DNA of 64,000 nt from Bacillota bacterium (GTDB lineage: Bacteria > Bacillota_I > Bacilli_A > RF39 > UBA660). Below the pieces are notes generated by a model, which was given only the letters and a program-made list of their open reading frames with translations, made no database searches and had not been told where the DNA came from. A program made the position numbers and the translations under genes. Positions 9,932-18,959 of this stretch are shown here, piece after piece (position 1 is the stretch's first letter; every line of letters begins with the position of its first letter). Where the stretch lies: assembly GCA_015059445.1 (NCBI GenBank), contig SVAK01000005.1, forward strand, positions 4,757 through 68,756, in the 5' to 3' direction.

Positions 9932-11361
9932 TGGGAAAATATAAAGCAGTCATTGGCTTAGAAATGCATTGTGAATTAACAAGTAATTCTAAAGTCTTTT
10001 CAAGTGCTGAAAACTCATATTGTGATACCCCTAATTCTAATGTTAGCCCAATAGATATGGCTTTTCCGGGGACTCTTCCTATAGTTAATAAGGAATGTAT
10101 TAAAAAATCTTTGATGGCTTCTTTAGTACTTAATTGTACCCAACCAGAATTTATGTATTTTGATCGTAAAAATTATTATTATCCAGATTTACCTAAAGGT
10201 TATCAAATTACACAAATGCACGCTCCGGTTGGGGTCAATGGTAAAATTACCATTGATGTAAATGGGGTAGAAAAAGAAGTTGAAATTTTAGATATTCACT
10301 TAGAAGAGGATACAGCTAATTTAAATCATTTTGATGATATAAGTTTAATTGATTATAATCGCGCTGGTGTGCCTTTACTGGAATTAGTAACAGCACCATG
10401 CATTAACTCAGCTGAAGAAGCTTTAACATTTTTAGAATATATGTGTCGAGTTTATCGTTATTGTGATATATCTGATGCTGATACAAAAAAGGGGCAAGTT
10501 AGATGCGATGTTAATGTATCTATTATGAATGAAGATGATACTGAATTTGGTACTAAAGTGGAAATTAAAGGTGTAAATTCATTTAGTAATGTAGTTGATG
10601 CTATTAATTATGAAATTAAAAGGCAAACAGAACTTAAAGATGCCGGAAGATATCATGAAGTAGAACAAGAAACTAGGCGTTTTGACGAAGAAACTGGTAC
10701 TACAATTCGTATGCGTAGTAAAGTTGATGCTATAGATTATAAATACTTTGTAGAACCCAATATTCCTAAATACAGGATTGATTCATCTTGGGTAGAAAGT
10801 ATTAGAGAGTCCATTCCGATGCTTCCAAGAGAGAGAAAGATAATGTATATTAAAAATTTTGGACTATCAGAATATGATGCAAATATTATAATCAAAGAAA
10901 AAGAGTATGCTGATTATTTTGAAGAATGTATTAAATTAGGAATGAATGCCAAAAATGCCGCAAATTGGTTAATTGTTCAAATTATTGCTTATACAAATAA
11001 GTTTGAATTAAAACTAAAAGAATTTTATTTAACGCCACCACTATTAAATCAAATAATATCTGAACTTGACAAAGGAACTATTTCTTCAAAGCAAGCTAAA
11101 GAAATTTTTAATAAGTCTTTAGAAGAAAATAAAGAACCTAAAAATTATATTACAAAAGATAATGCTCAAATATCTGATAAAAATATTTTAATAGAAATAA
11201 TCGATAAAATATTAATAACTAATGAAACGCAAGTTAATGATTATAAAAATGGAAGAACTAACCTTTTTGACTATTTTGTAGGTCAAGTCATGAAAGAAAC
11301 CAAGGGTAAAGCTAATCCTCCAATGGTAAAAGAAATATTAAAATCAAAGCTTGAGGACTAA
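9931..11361 (+). CDS. gatB: Asp/Glu-tRNA amidotransferase subunit B
   Basis: 476 aa; N-terminal IGLEMHCEL, GatB/YqeY C-terminal domain. Confidence 0.9.
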   Translation: MGKYKAVIGLEMHCELTSNSKVFSSAENSYCDTPNSNVSPIDMAFPGTLPIVNKECIKKSLMASLVLNCTQPEFMYFDRKNYYYPDLPKGYQITQMHAPVGVNGKITIDVNGVEKEVEILDIHLEEDTANLNHFDDISLIDYNRAGVPLLELVTAPCINSAEEALTFLEYMCRVYRYCDISDADTKKGQVRCDVNVSIMNEDDTEFGTKVEIKGVNSFSNVVDAINYEIKRQTELKDAGRYHEVEQETRRFDEETGTTIRMRSKVDAIDYKYFVEPNIPKYRIDSSWVESIRESIPMLPRERKIMYIKNFGLSEYDANIIIKEKEYADYFEECIKLGMNAKNAANWLIVQIIAYTNKFELKLKEFYLTPPLLNQIISELDKGTISSKQAKEIFNKSLEENKEPKNYITKDNAQISDKNILIEIIDKILITNETQVNDYKNGRTNLFDYFVGQVMKETKGKANPPMVKEILKSKLED

Positions 11362-11366
11362 TGCTT

Positions 11367-11393
11367 AGAAGACATTTTGTCTTCTTTTTTTTA
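11367..11393 (+). terminator. rho-independent terminator after gatB
   Basis: AGAAGAC-ATTTT-GTCTTCT then T8. Confidence 0.6.
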
Positions 11394-11444
11394 TTCTATC
11401 TAAAAAATCAAGTTTATGGTATTATGTTATTAAGGTAGATAGAT

Positions 11445-12695
11445 ATGAAAAAAAATATTATAAATAGTTGTATTGTATTTTTAATAATAATTGAAATTAT
11501 TAGTTTGTTGTTTGCATACAAAGCGCTAACTAGTAAAAGTGATTTTGGATATATTGAACAAAAAAATATGGAAAATGGAAAATTATTTGCATTAATGTTG
11601 GAACAACCGAATGGTTTATATAAAGAAAGTGTTAATAAAAAATGGCCTAGTACTGGATATAAGTATAATAGTAGTTTGTCGGGTTGTATGGATAAGAATG
11701 GTAATGTTGTAAATGGGGTTTTAAGTTATGATGAAAACACTAGAGTTACACGTGTAAATACAACTGAGACATTACAATGCTATTTATATTTCGATTTAAG
11801 AGGATAAGCATATGCGATATATTCTCAGGATGAAAATTCATTAACTTTTATTAGAAGCAAAATAGCGCCCGTTGAAGGTAATACGTTTAATAATAAGACT
11901 ATAACCAAGGTATTTAGTGGCTTTGAAGAAAAAACTTATGTTTCTAGTTCAGTTCCTTGGCGCAGCTATGCTAAAAGAATAAAAACGGTAGTTGTTCAAG
12001 ACGAAACAATCCCTATTAGTACTACCTATTGGTTTAATGATTTTACAACATGCACATCGTTTAATCTCAAGAAATTAAATGTTTTTTTAGTAACCAACAT
12101 GTCATATATGTTTGCTAATGCAGGATACGATGTTACGACAATTGAATTAGATTTATCCGGATGGGATACTTCTAACGTAACTAATATGTCAAATATGTTT
12201 TTTGCTACTGGAACTTATGCGACTTCATGGAATATTGGAGATTTATCTAATTGGGATACTGCAAAAGTTACAAATATGTCATATATGTTTTTAAGCGCTG
12301 GTTATGATGCCACAACATGGAACATCGGTAATATTGGTAATTGGAACACATCTAATGTTACTAATATGTCATATATGTTTTATCAAGCCGGATACGGAGC
12401 GACAACATGGAATATTGGAGATTTATCCAAATGGAACACATCTAATGCAACAGATATGTCATATATGTTTGATCAAGCTGGATATTATGCTGCAACATGG
12501 AATATTGGGGATTTATCCAAATGGAATACTTCAAAAGTCACCGATATGAAAGGTATGTTTAATCTTGTAGCAGTCAACGCTGATTCTTGGCGAACTATAA
12601 ATTTATCTAGTTGGGATGTTTCACAAGTTATTTTTTATGATAATTTTAACGTTAATTCTGCGGATAAAGTTATTGCGCCTATTTTCTCTAATTAA
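11445..12695 (+). pseudogene. DUF285-repeat surface protein interrupted by a single in-frame TAA (11805-11807)
   Basis: ORF 11445-11807 (N-terminal TM + approx 90-aa domain) and ORF ending 12695 are in the same frame; the 97 codons between the TAA and the first ATG (12099) contain no stop and no start; C-terminal part has 6-7 repeats of WNTSNVTNMSYMF..AGY.ATTWNIGDLS (DUF285/Mycoplasma lipoprotein repeat). Confidence 0.55.
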
Positions 12696-12730
12696 AACGA
12701 TTCACACCATATGTTGAATCGTTTTTTTAT
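12696..12730 (+). terminator. rho-independent terminator
   Basis: AACGATTCA-loop-TGAATCGTT then T7. Confidence 0.6.
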
Positions 12731-12790
12731 TTTGAAGACAATATTCGACATTTTTTTAAAAGTATGTATGTTATATTAATTTTAGGTGAT

Positions 12791-13228
12791 ATGATGAAAA
12801 AATTAATGTTGATAGGGCTTTCAATTACAGCAGGATTTTTATTTACATTTTTTATATTAAATAAAAAAAATATTTATGCCAAAGAAGAATATATGATTTT
12901 TGCGTTTCAAGTTGGTGCTTTTGAAAAATATGATAATGCAATTGATTTTAGTGAAAAACTTCCTTCTTCTATAATTATAAAAGAGGGAAAACTATATAAA
13001 ATATATGTAGCATTATATAATGATATAGATATAGTAAATAAAATGATTGTATATTTTGAAAATAATAATATTAATATTTACTTAAGAAGCATTAAAGTGG
13101 GGAAAGAATTTTATACTAATTTAGTAAACTATGAGCAAATAATAAATAGTTCTAAAGATGTAAATGTTTATAATCAAGTAAATCAAAGTATATTAAATTT
13201 ATATATAGAAAGTATAAATAATGATTAA
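12791..13228 (+). CDS. membrane-anchored SPOR-like domain protein
   Basis: N-terminal TM; FAFQVGAFEKYDNAIDFSEKL...GKLYKIYVALYNDIDIVNKM resembles SPOR fold signature. Confidence 0.45.
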   Translation: MMKKLMLIGLSITAGFLFTFFILNKKNIYAKEEYMIFAFQVGAFEKYDNAIDFSEKLPSSIIIKEGKLYKIYVALYNDIDIVNKMIVYFENNNINIYLRSIKVGKEFYTNLVNYEQIINSSKDVNVYNQVNQSILNLYIESINND

Positions 13229-13862
13229 ATTAATTAAGGAAAACTATTTGTTTTTGTTCTTATTTGTTTTAATTGTTTTGAAAGACCCAATTTATAAATT
13301 ATTTACATTAGAAGAAAAAGTTTATAATACTACTCAATGTCAATTTTTAGAAGATGATTATAATAAATTATTAGAATTTAGTAAAATAGATTTAATATAT
13401 GAAAGCAATTATGTTAATTCTTATATTATTTACAAAGATATTTACAATTATATGAATGAAATTACTATAAGAGGAGGAAGAGACTTAAATTTTAAGAACA
13501 ACCCTGTAATTTATGATAATACTTTGATTGGAGTTATCGACAAGGTAAATCAAAATAGTAGCATAGTTAAATTAATCACCAATAAAAATAGTAAGATATC
13601 AGTTAAAATAAATGAAGAAATTGGAATCTTAGAATATAAAAAAGGCAATTTAATAGTAAGCAATATTAGTAATTATAGTAATATTTCTATTGGAGATTCC
13701 ATCTACACATCAGGACTTGGTAACATTCATGAGAATATCTATATTGGAGAAGTGAAAAATATTGAGTTAGATAATAAAAATATTGAAAAAATAATTACTG
13801 TAAATCACAAATTAAACATTAAAAATATTGATTATATAACAGTTTTAAAGGAGAATGTATGA
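13221..13862 (+). CDS. mreC: rod shape-determining protein MreC-like
   Basis: 213 aa, N-terminal TM, C-terminal GDSIYTSGLGNIHENIYIGEV resembles MreC GD.VVTSGLGG.FP.GL.IG.V; position upstream of mreD-like and spoIVFA/B-like genes. Confidence 0.6.
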   Translation: MIKLIKENYLFLFLFVLIVLKDPIYKLFTLEEKVYNTTQCQFLEDDYNKLLEFSKIDLIYESNYVNSYIIYKDIYNYMNEITIRGGRDLNFKNNPVIYDNTLIGVIDKVNQNSSIVKLITNKNSKISVKINEEIGILEYKKGNLIVSNISNYSNISIGDSIYTSGLGNIHENIYIGEVKNIELDNKNIEKIITVNHKLNIKNIDYITVLKENV

Positions 13863-14248
13863 TTTTTTTATTGTTGTTATTAGATGTTTTAGTAAATAAT
13901 TTTACTTCTTATTCATCTTATTTTTTTATTGTATATTTGTATAATAAGTCATACAAATATTACTTATTAACGGGTTTAACCTTAGATTTTATTATATTTA
14001 ATAATTTATTCTTAAATACTATCTTATTATCAATTATTTACTTAGTTAATAAAATTTTTAAAGATTTAAATAAGAATAATTTTTATAACTATATTTTTAT
14101 TATTATATTTAATTATTTGCTATTTATTATTTTAAGTAATATATTAATGCGCAATTCAATATCGAATACTTTAATACTTTTAGGTAGCAATCTTGTTATT
14201 AATATTATGTTTTATGTTTTATGTTATAGAACTTGTAAAAGAATATAA
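13859..14248 (+). CDS. MreD-like polytopic membrane protein
   Basis: 129 aa, 4-5 hydrophobic helices, overlaps mreC stop; assignment by position only. Confidence 0.35.
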   Translation: MIFLLLLLDVLVNNFTSYSSYFFIVYLYNKSYKYYLLTGLTLDFIIFNNLFLNTILLSIIYLVNKIFKDLNKNNFYNYIFIIIFNYLLFIILSNILMRNSISNTLILLGSNLVINIMFYVLCYRTCKRI

Positions 14249-14285
14249 CATGTGTTATTATATTTTTCTGATTTTGAGGGATATT

Positions 14286-15245
14286 ATGAGAAAGTGTATT
14301 GAGGGTATCAAAAAAGTAATTTATGATCAAGTTAAATTAAATCGATTATGTTTAACTGGAATAAGATTCTCTGAACATCAAAAAACTTATTTTTGGACTA
14401 ACGAAAATATTGCAGCATATCTTGATTTAGTTGATTTTGAAGGAAAAGACAGCGCTTTGGCTGTACTTGCCTCTGGTGATCAAACATTTAATTTGATTAC
14501 AAAAGGCATTGCTAACATCGATACTTTTGATACTAATAAATTTACAGAGTATTTTGCTTTGGGATTTAAAAGAGCATTAATTTTAAAGTACAATTATCAA
14601 GAATTTTGTATAATTACGCAAATATTAAGAAATCCGCGCCTTACTAAAGAAGAGTTAAATGAAGTGTTCATCGGATTATTTCCATTTATGGAACTAAAAC
14701 ATCGCATATTTTGGCAACAAATTTTAGATTATAATTATCAAATTCAACAAGAATTTGGAACTAACTTGAATTTGTTAGGAATACTTTCATTAGAAAAATT
14801 ATCTAATCGTAGTATGTATAGTTTATTTTTTAATAATTACTTAAAAGATGAGGAAAGTTATGAATTTTTAAGAAGTCAATTAGGGTTAGCTAATATTTCA
14901 TTCACTTATTCTAATGCCATAGATTTACCAAGAGTTTTTTCAAAATCTTATGATTTCATTTTACTCTCTAATATATTAGATTATTTTTATAAAAGTTTAG
15001 GCTGTAATTGGGATTATGAAGAACTTCAAAAATATGAACAGCAACTAGAACCTTTATTAAATGATGATGGAGTTATATTTCTCCATTATGCCATGGCATG
15101 CTTGAAAGACTCTAAAATTTTTAGAAATAAAATTATAAATAGTTCAAAAGTAAATATTGGCGATCTAGTAAATGAGGAGTTTATTACTTTGCCTCCTTTT
15201 TGCGGTACTACTAATGGAATGATTTTAAAAAGAGTAACCAAATAG
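14286..15245 (+). CDS. uncharacterised Rossmann-like family protein, paralog 1 (possible SAM-dependent transferase, DUF3419/BtaA-like?)
   Basis: start ATG 14286 (RBS GAGGGAT); motifs YFWTNENI, LASGDQTFNL, IDTFDTN, GFKRALILKY, FWQQILDYNY, YDFILLSNILDYFYK, GMILKRV shared with three other paralogs. Confidence 0.7.
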   Translation: MRKCIEGIKKVIYDQVKLNRLCLTGIRFSEHQKTYFWTNENIAAYLDLVDFEGKDSALAVLASGDQTFNLITKGIANIDTFDTNKFTEYFALGFKRALILKYNYQEFCIITQILRNPRLTKEELNEVFIGLFPFMELKHRIFWQQILDYNYQIQQEFGTNLNLLGILSLEKLSNRSMYSLFFNNYLKDEESYEFLRSQLGLANISFTYSNAIDLPRVFSKSYDFILLSNILDYFYKSLGCNWDYEELQKYEQQLEPLLNDDGVIFLHYAMACLKDSKIFRNKIINSSKVNIGDLVNEEFITLPPFCGTTNGMILKRVTK

Positions 15246-15257
15246 AAGGGATTAATT

Positions 15258-16226
15258 GTGACACAAATTATAAAAATAGCTAAAGAAATAATCAAAAAAC
15301 AAGTTGATAATCATTATGTTGGTCATGGTGATGAATTTTTGCGTGCTCATAAAGTGTATCCATGGACCAATGAAGATATAAATACTTATTTGAAACTAGC
15401 CGATTTTAACGATAAGGATAGCGCTTTATCTGTACTTGCTAGCGGCGATCAGCCTTTTAATTTAGTAACTAATGGTATATTAAATATAGATACATTTGAT
15501 ATAAATCCTCTTTCGGAATATTATTCGTTAGGATTAAAACGAGCTTTAATTTTAAAATATGATTTTGATACTTTTAATGGTATATTAAATATATTGTATA
15601 ATCCTTGGACAAGCATTGATGTTATAACTTCACTAATAAAATCATTATTTCCTTATATGGAAAGAAAGCATAAAAACTTTTGGGAAACTATCCTGGATTA
15701 TAATTATAAATATCAAAAAAGGAATGGAACATTACTAAATATAATTTTATTGTTAACACTTCAAACCAAACAAGAACAAAATGAACTAAATAATTATTTA
15801 ATGTTGCGACAAAATTATGAATTATTAAGAAGCAGATTAGCTTCGTCAAATATATCTTTTAGGTGCACCAATGCTCTAAATTTAGGAAATACATTTAAAA
15901 GAAAATATGATCTTATTTTGTTATCTAATATATTAGATTATTTTTATAAATATTTAGGTCCTCATTGGAATTACAATAAACTTCAAGAATATGAAAAAAG
16001 TTTAGAAAATCTTGGTGAATCTGATGCTATAATTTTTTTACATTACATTTTACATTATTTAAAAAATAACAAACAATATAGAATTAGTATTATAGATAAT
16101 TGTGCTATAAATCCTGCAGATTTAACGGATGAACAATTAATCACTTTGCCATCAGGAACTTCCGTTAATCACGGAATGATTCTAAAGAGGGTAGATAATT
16201 GTCAAAAAGAAGATTTTATGTTATAA
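15258..16226 (+). CDS. uncharacterised Rossmann-like family protein, paralog 2
   Basis: GTG start with RBS GAAGGGA; same motif set (YPWTNEDI, LASGDQPFNL, IDTFDINP, YDLILLSNILDYFYK, GMILKRV). Confidence 0.7.
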   Translation: MTQIIKIAKEIIKKQVDNHYVGHGDEFLRAHKVYPWTNEDINTYLKLADFNDKDSALSVLASGDQPFNLVTNGILNIDTFDINPLSEYYSLGLKRALILKYDFDTFNGILNILYNPWTSIDVITSLIKSLFPYMERKHKNFWETILDYNYKYQKRNGTLLNIILLLTLQTKQEQNELNNYLMLRQNYELLRSRLASSNISFRCTNALNLGNTFKRKYDLILLSNILDYFYKYLGPHWNYNKLQEYEKSLENLGESDAIIFLHYILHYLKNNKQYRISIIDNCAINPADLTDEQLITLPSGTSVNHGMILKRVDNCQKEDFML

Positions 16227-16250
16227 TACATCATCGATTGAAGGGGTAGT

Positions 16251-17198
16251 ATGGAGCATTATATTAAAGGTGCTAGACATTTAATGGCCACTCAAATGAA
16301 TTGTAATGCCATTAGAAACTGCGAAAAATTATTTACCGAATTTTCAAAAGCTTATTATTGGACTAATGAGAATATACGAGCTTATTTGGAATTAATAGAT
16401 TTTGAGGGAAAAACTAATGCATTAACTGTTGCAGCTAGTGGCGATCAAGCCTTTAACTTGATAACTAATGGAATCATAAATATTGATACTTTTGATACAA
16501 ATGCTTTATCAGAATTTATTGCATTTGGTTTTAAACGCGCCATGATCCTAAAATATTCTTATAATGATTTTATAAATGTGATGATTTTATTGAGATCTGA
16601 TAATTTATCACAAGAACACATAAATTCTATCATTAGTGATTTGTTGCCATATATGGAATCAAGGCATCAAGTTTTTTGGCGTACAGTTCTAAACTATAAT
16701 AAACAAGCCCAAAACTATTATTGTACAAATTTAAATTTAATTAGAATGCTAACTTTAGATAATAAATTCATTCCACAATATAATGACTATTTACTGGATG
16801 AATTACATTATGAAACACTAAGAAAAAGATTAGGTAATGCTAATATTACCTTTAAATGTGTTAATGCAAAAGATTTAGGAAGGGAATTTACTAGTCAGTA
16901 TGATTTAATATTGTTATCAAATATTTTAGATTATATGTTTAATGATTGGGGACGTCATTGGGATTATCATAAATTAGCAGAATACGAAAGAGAACTAGGA
17001 ATCATTTTAAAACCTGATGGAGTAATTTTCTTAAATTATATTTTTACATATGTTGTTGGCCAAAATGATCCTAATATGCTTTTTCCACTTTCTTCAGTTA
17101 CCAAAGAAAATTTAACAGACGAAGAGATTCATAAAATCCCTAAACTTGATAATTCAAATGAAGTTGATGGAATGATTTTGAAAAGGATACAAAAATAA
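16251..17198 (+). CDS. uncharacterised Rossmann-like family protein, paralog 3
   Basis: RBS AAGGGG; same motif set (YYWTNENI, AASGDQAFNL, IDTFDTNA, YDLILLSNILDYMFN, GMILKRI). Confidence 0.7.
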   Translation: MEHYIKGARHLMATQMNCNAIRNCEKLFTEFSKAYYWTNENIRAYLELIDFEGKTNALTVAASGDQAFNLITNGIINIDTFDTNALSEFIAFGFKRAMILKYSYNDFINVMILLRSDNLSQEHINSIISDLLPYMESRHQVFWRTVLNYNKQAQNYYCTNLNLIRMLTLDNKFIPQYNDYLLDELHYETLRKRLGNANITFKCVNAKDLGREFTSQYDLILLSNILDYMFNDWGRHWDYHKLAEYERELGIILKPDGVIFLNYIFTYVVGQNDPNMLFPLSSVTKENLTDEEIHKIPKLDNSNEVDGMILKRIQK

Positions 17199-17218
17199 TC
17201 GAATAACTACCAAAGTAA

Positions 17219-17505
17219 ACAAAGACACTTTTGTTTATGACTGTCTTAGCAGAATATTTTGCCTTAGGAACTAAAAGGCTGCAATATAAAAATACAAATA
17301 TACGGATTTTCTGCATATTATGAAAAATAATATGTTCTGATAGTACAAGTCTTGATGAATTTTCTGATATGGTTTAATCTCTTCATTGTTGGACGACTCT
17401 CGTGTTCACTTTGAAGATTTACGAAAAGAAGAGATAATCACATTATCAAGAAGCTCATTTGAACAACAAACTATAATACTTAGAATGTTTAGTAATAAAG
17501 TGTAA
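17219..17505 (+). pseudogene. decayed remnant of a fifth paralog of the same family
   Basis: 17249-17290 translates AEYFALGTKRLQYK (cf. TEYFALGFKRALILKY of paralog 1); 17380-17505 translates ...DLRKEEIITLSRSSFEQQTIILRMFSNKV* (cf. C-terminal DLTDEQLITLPS...GMILKRV); interrupted by stops. Confidence 0.5.
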
Positions 17506-17545
17506 ATAAATTAATACAAGAGGAATATACTTTAGTGGTGAACAT

Positions 17546-18157
17546 ATGAACATTGATGACTACACAAAAGTAACGCATAAAAGATTTAGCATTGATGATA
17601 GGGAAAGTGAAGAAAAGAAGATTAAATATTTAAAAAATTTAATAACTAGAACATTACTAAGTATAATTTTAGTATTAAGCGTAAGTATATTTATAAAAAT
17701 AGATAGCAATAATGTTTTATTAATTGATGAATATGTATTTCAAGATTCATTAGAATTTACTAAAATAAATAATTGGTATCAAGATAATGTAGGCAAGATT
17801 ATTCCTAATTTAAATACTAATACTACTCTAGTTTTTAACAGCGATGAATTAAAAAATAGTGTCTACTCTGATTATTTGGATGGCGTAAAAATTGAGGTGG
17901 ATAAAAGTAGTCCAATTTCTTTATTAAGTGGTGGAATAGTAGTCTTTATCGGTGAAAAAGAAGGTTATGGAAACACTTTAATTTTACAAGGAAATGATGG
18001 CATTGATTACTGGTATGGAAATATTACTAACCTAAATGTCAATTTATATGATTATTTAGAAAAAGATACGTTAATAGGTGAAAGTGAAAATAATTATTTA
18101 TATTTAGTCTTACAAAAAGATGGTAATTATATAGGTTATGAAGAATATCTTAAATAA
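17546..18157 (+). CDS. SpoIVFA-like membrane protein with degenerate LytM (M23) domain
   Basis: 203 aa, one TM (LLSIILVLSVSIFIKI), C-terminal GIVVFIGEKEGYGNTLILQGNDGIDYWYGN...IGES resembles M23 fold but lacks HxxxD/HxH catalytic His; directly upstream of and overlapping an M50 protease gene, as spoIVFA-spoIVFB. Confidence 0.5.
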   Translation: MNIDDYTKVTHKRFSIDDRESEEKKIKYLKNLITRTLLSIILVLSVSIFIKIDSNNVLLIDEYVFQDSLEFTKINNWYQDNVGKIIPNLNTNTTLVFNSDELKNSVYSDYLDGVKIEVDKSSPISLLSGGIVVFIGEKEGYGNTLILQGNDGIDYWYGNITNLNVNLYDYLEKDTLIGESENNYLYLVLQKDGNYIGYEEYLK

Positions 18158-18905
18158 GTTTAAAATTAATAACTATACATATCTTTTTCTAATTATTTGT
18201 GCGCTATGTGGTTATATTAAAAATATAACTGTTATTTTTGTAATTTGTCTAATTCACGAATTAGGGCATGTTTTTTTTATTAATTTATTTAAATATAAAA
18301 TTATTAGTATCGAATTGCTGCCTTTTGGAGGATTTACAACCATCGACAAAAGAATAAATACAAATATAAACAAAGATATTATTATTGCTTTTGGTGGGAT
18401 TTTCTTTCAATTGATTTTAATGTTAGTAGTATACTTATTTAAAAATGATTTCAATGTTATCACTTATAACATAATTATTAAATATAATATTATTTTGCTG
18501 GTTTTTAATTTTATACCAATAATACCCTTAGATGGCAATAATATATTGCACTTAATATTAGAAAAAATATTTTCTTACCATTTATCCTATTATATAAATT
18601 TTATTATCTCAATAATTAGTTTAATTATATTTGTAGTTATCAATTATATATATAGTTTTGATAATTACTTTATTATTTCTTTTTTAATATATAAAAGTGT
18701 GATGTATATTAAAAATTATAAATATATTAAAAAAAGGTTTTTATTAGAAAGATATTTATATGATTTTAAGTATAGAAAAATAGAAAATAATACCCAAAAT
18801 ATTAACTCATTAAAAAAAGAAGTTTTACATTATTTTAAAGAAAACAATAAATACATTAAAGAACAAGAAAAAATCAAAAAATTATTTTCACAGAATAATA
18901 TATGA
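18138..18905 (+). CDS. M50 family site-2 protease (SpoIVFB-like)
   Basis: 255 aa polytopic; HExxH in TM (LIHELGHVFF) and NFIPIIPLDGNNILH (LDG motif) diagnostic of S2P/M50. Confidence 0.7.
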   Translation: MKNILNKFKINNYTYLFLIICALCGYIKNITVIFVICLIHELGHVFFINLFKYKIISIELLPFGGFTTIDKRINTNINKDIIIAFGGIFFQLILMLVVYLFKNDFNVITYNIIIKYNIILLVFNFIPIIPLDGNNILHLILEKIFSYHLSYYINFIISIISLIIFVVINYIYSFDNYFIISFLIYKSVMYIKNYKYIKKRFLLERYLYDFKYRKIENNTQNINSLKKEVLHYFKENNKYIKEQEKIKKLFSQNNI

Positions 18906-18959
18906 TTGCAAAAATTTAAAACTTAAGATATGATATAAATCACAAAAAGGATGATACAT

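Noticed and set aside
11445-11560. Type IV prepilin-like signal in the N-termini of the 11445, 49011-47704 and 63768-61828 proteins
   Set aside because: No G/A-F/M-T-L-I-E cleavage motif and no Glu at +5. These are plain N-terminal TM anchors.
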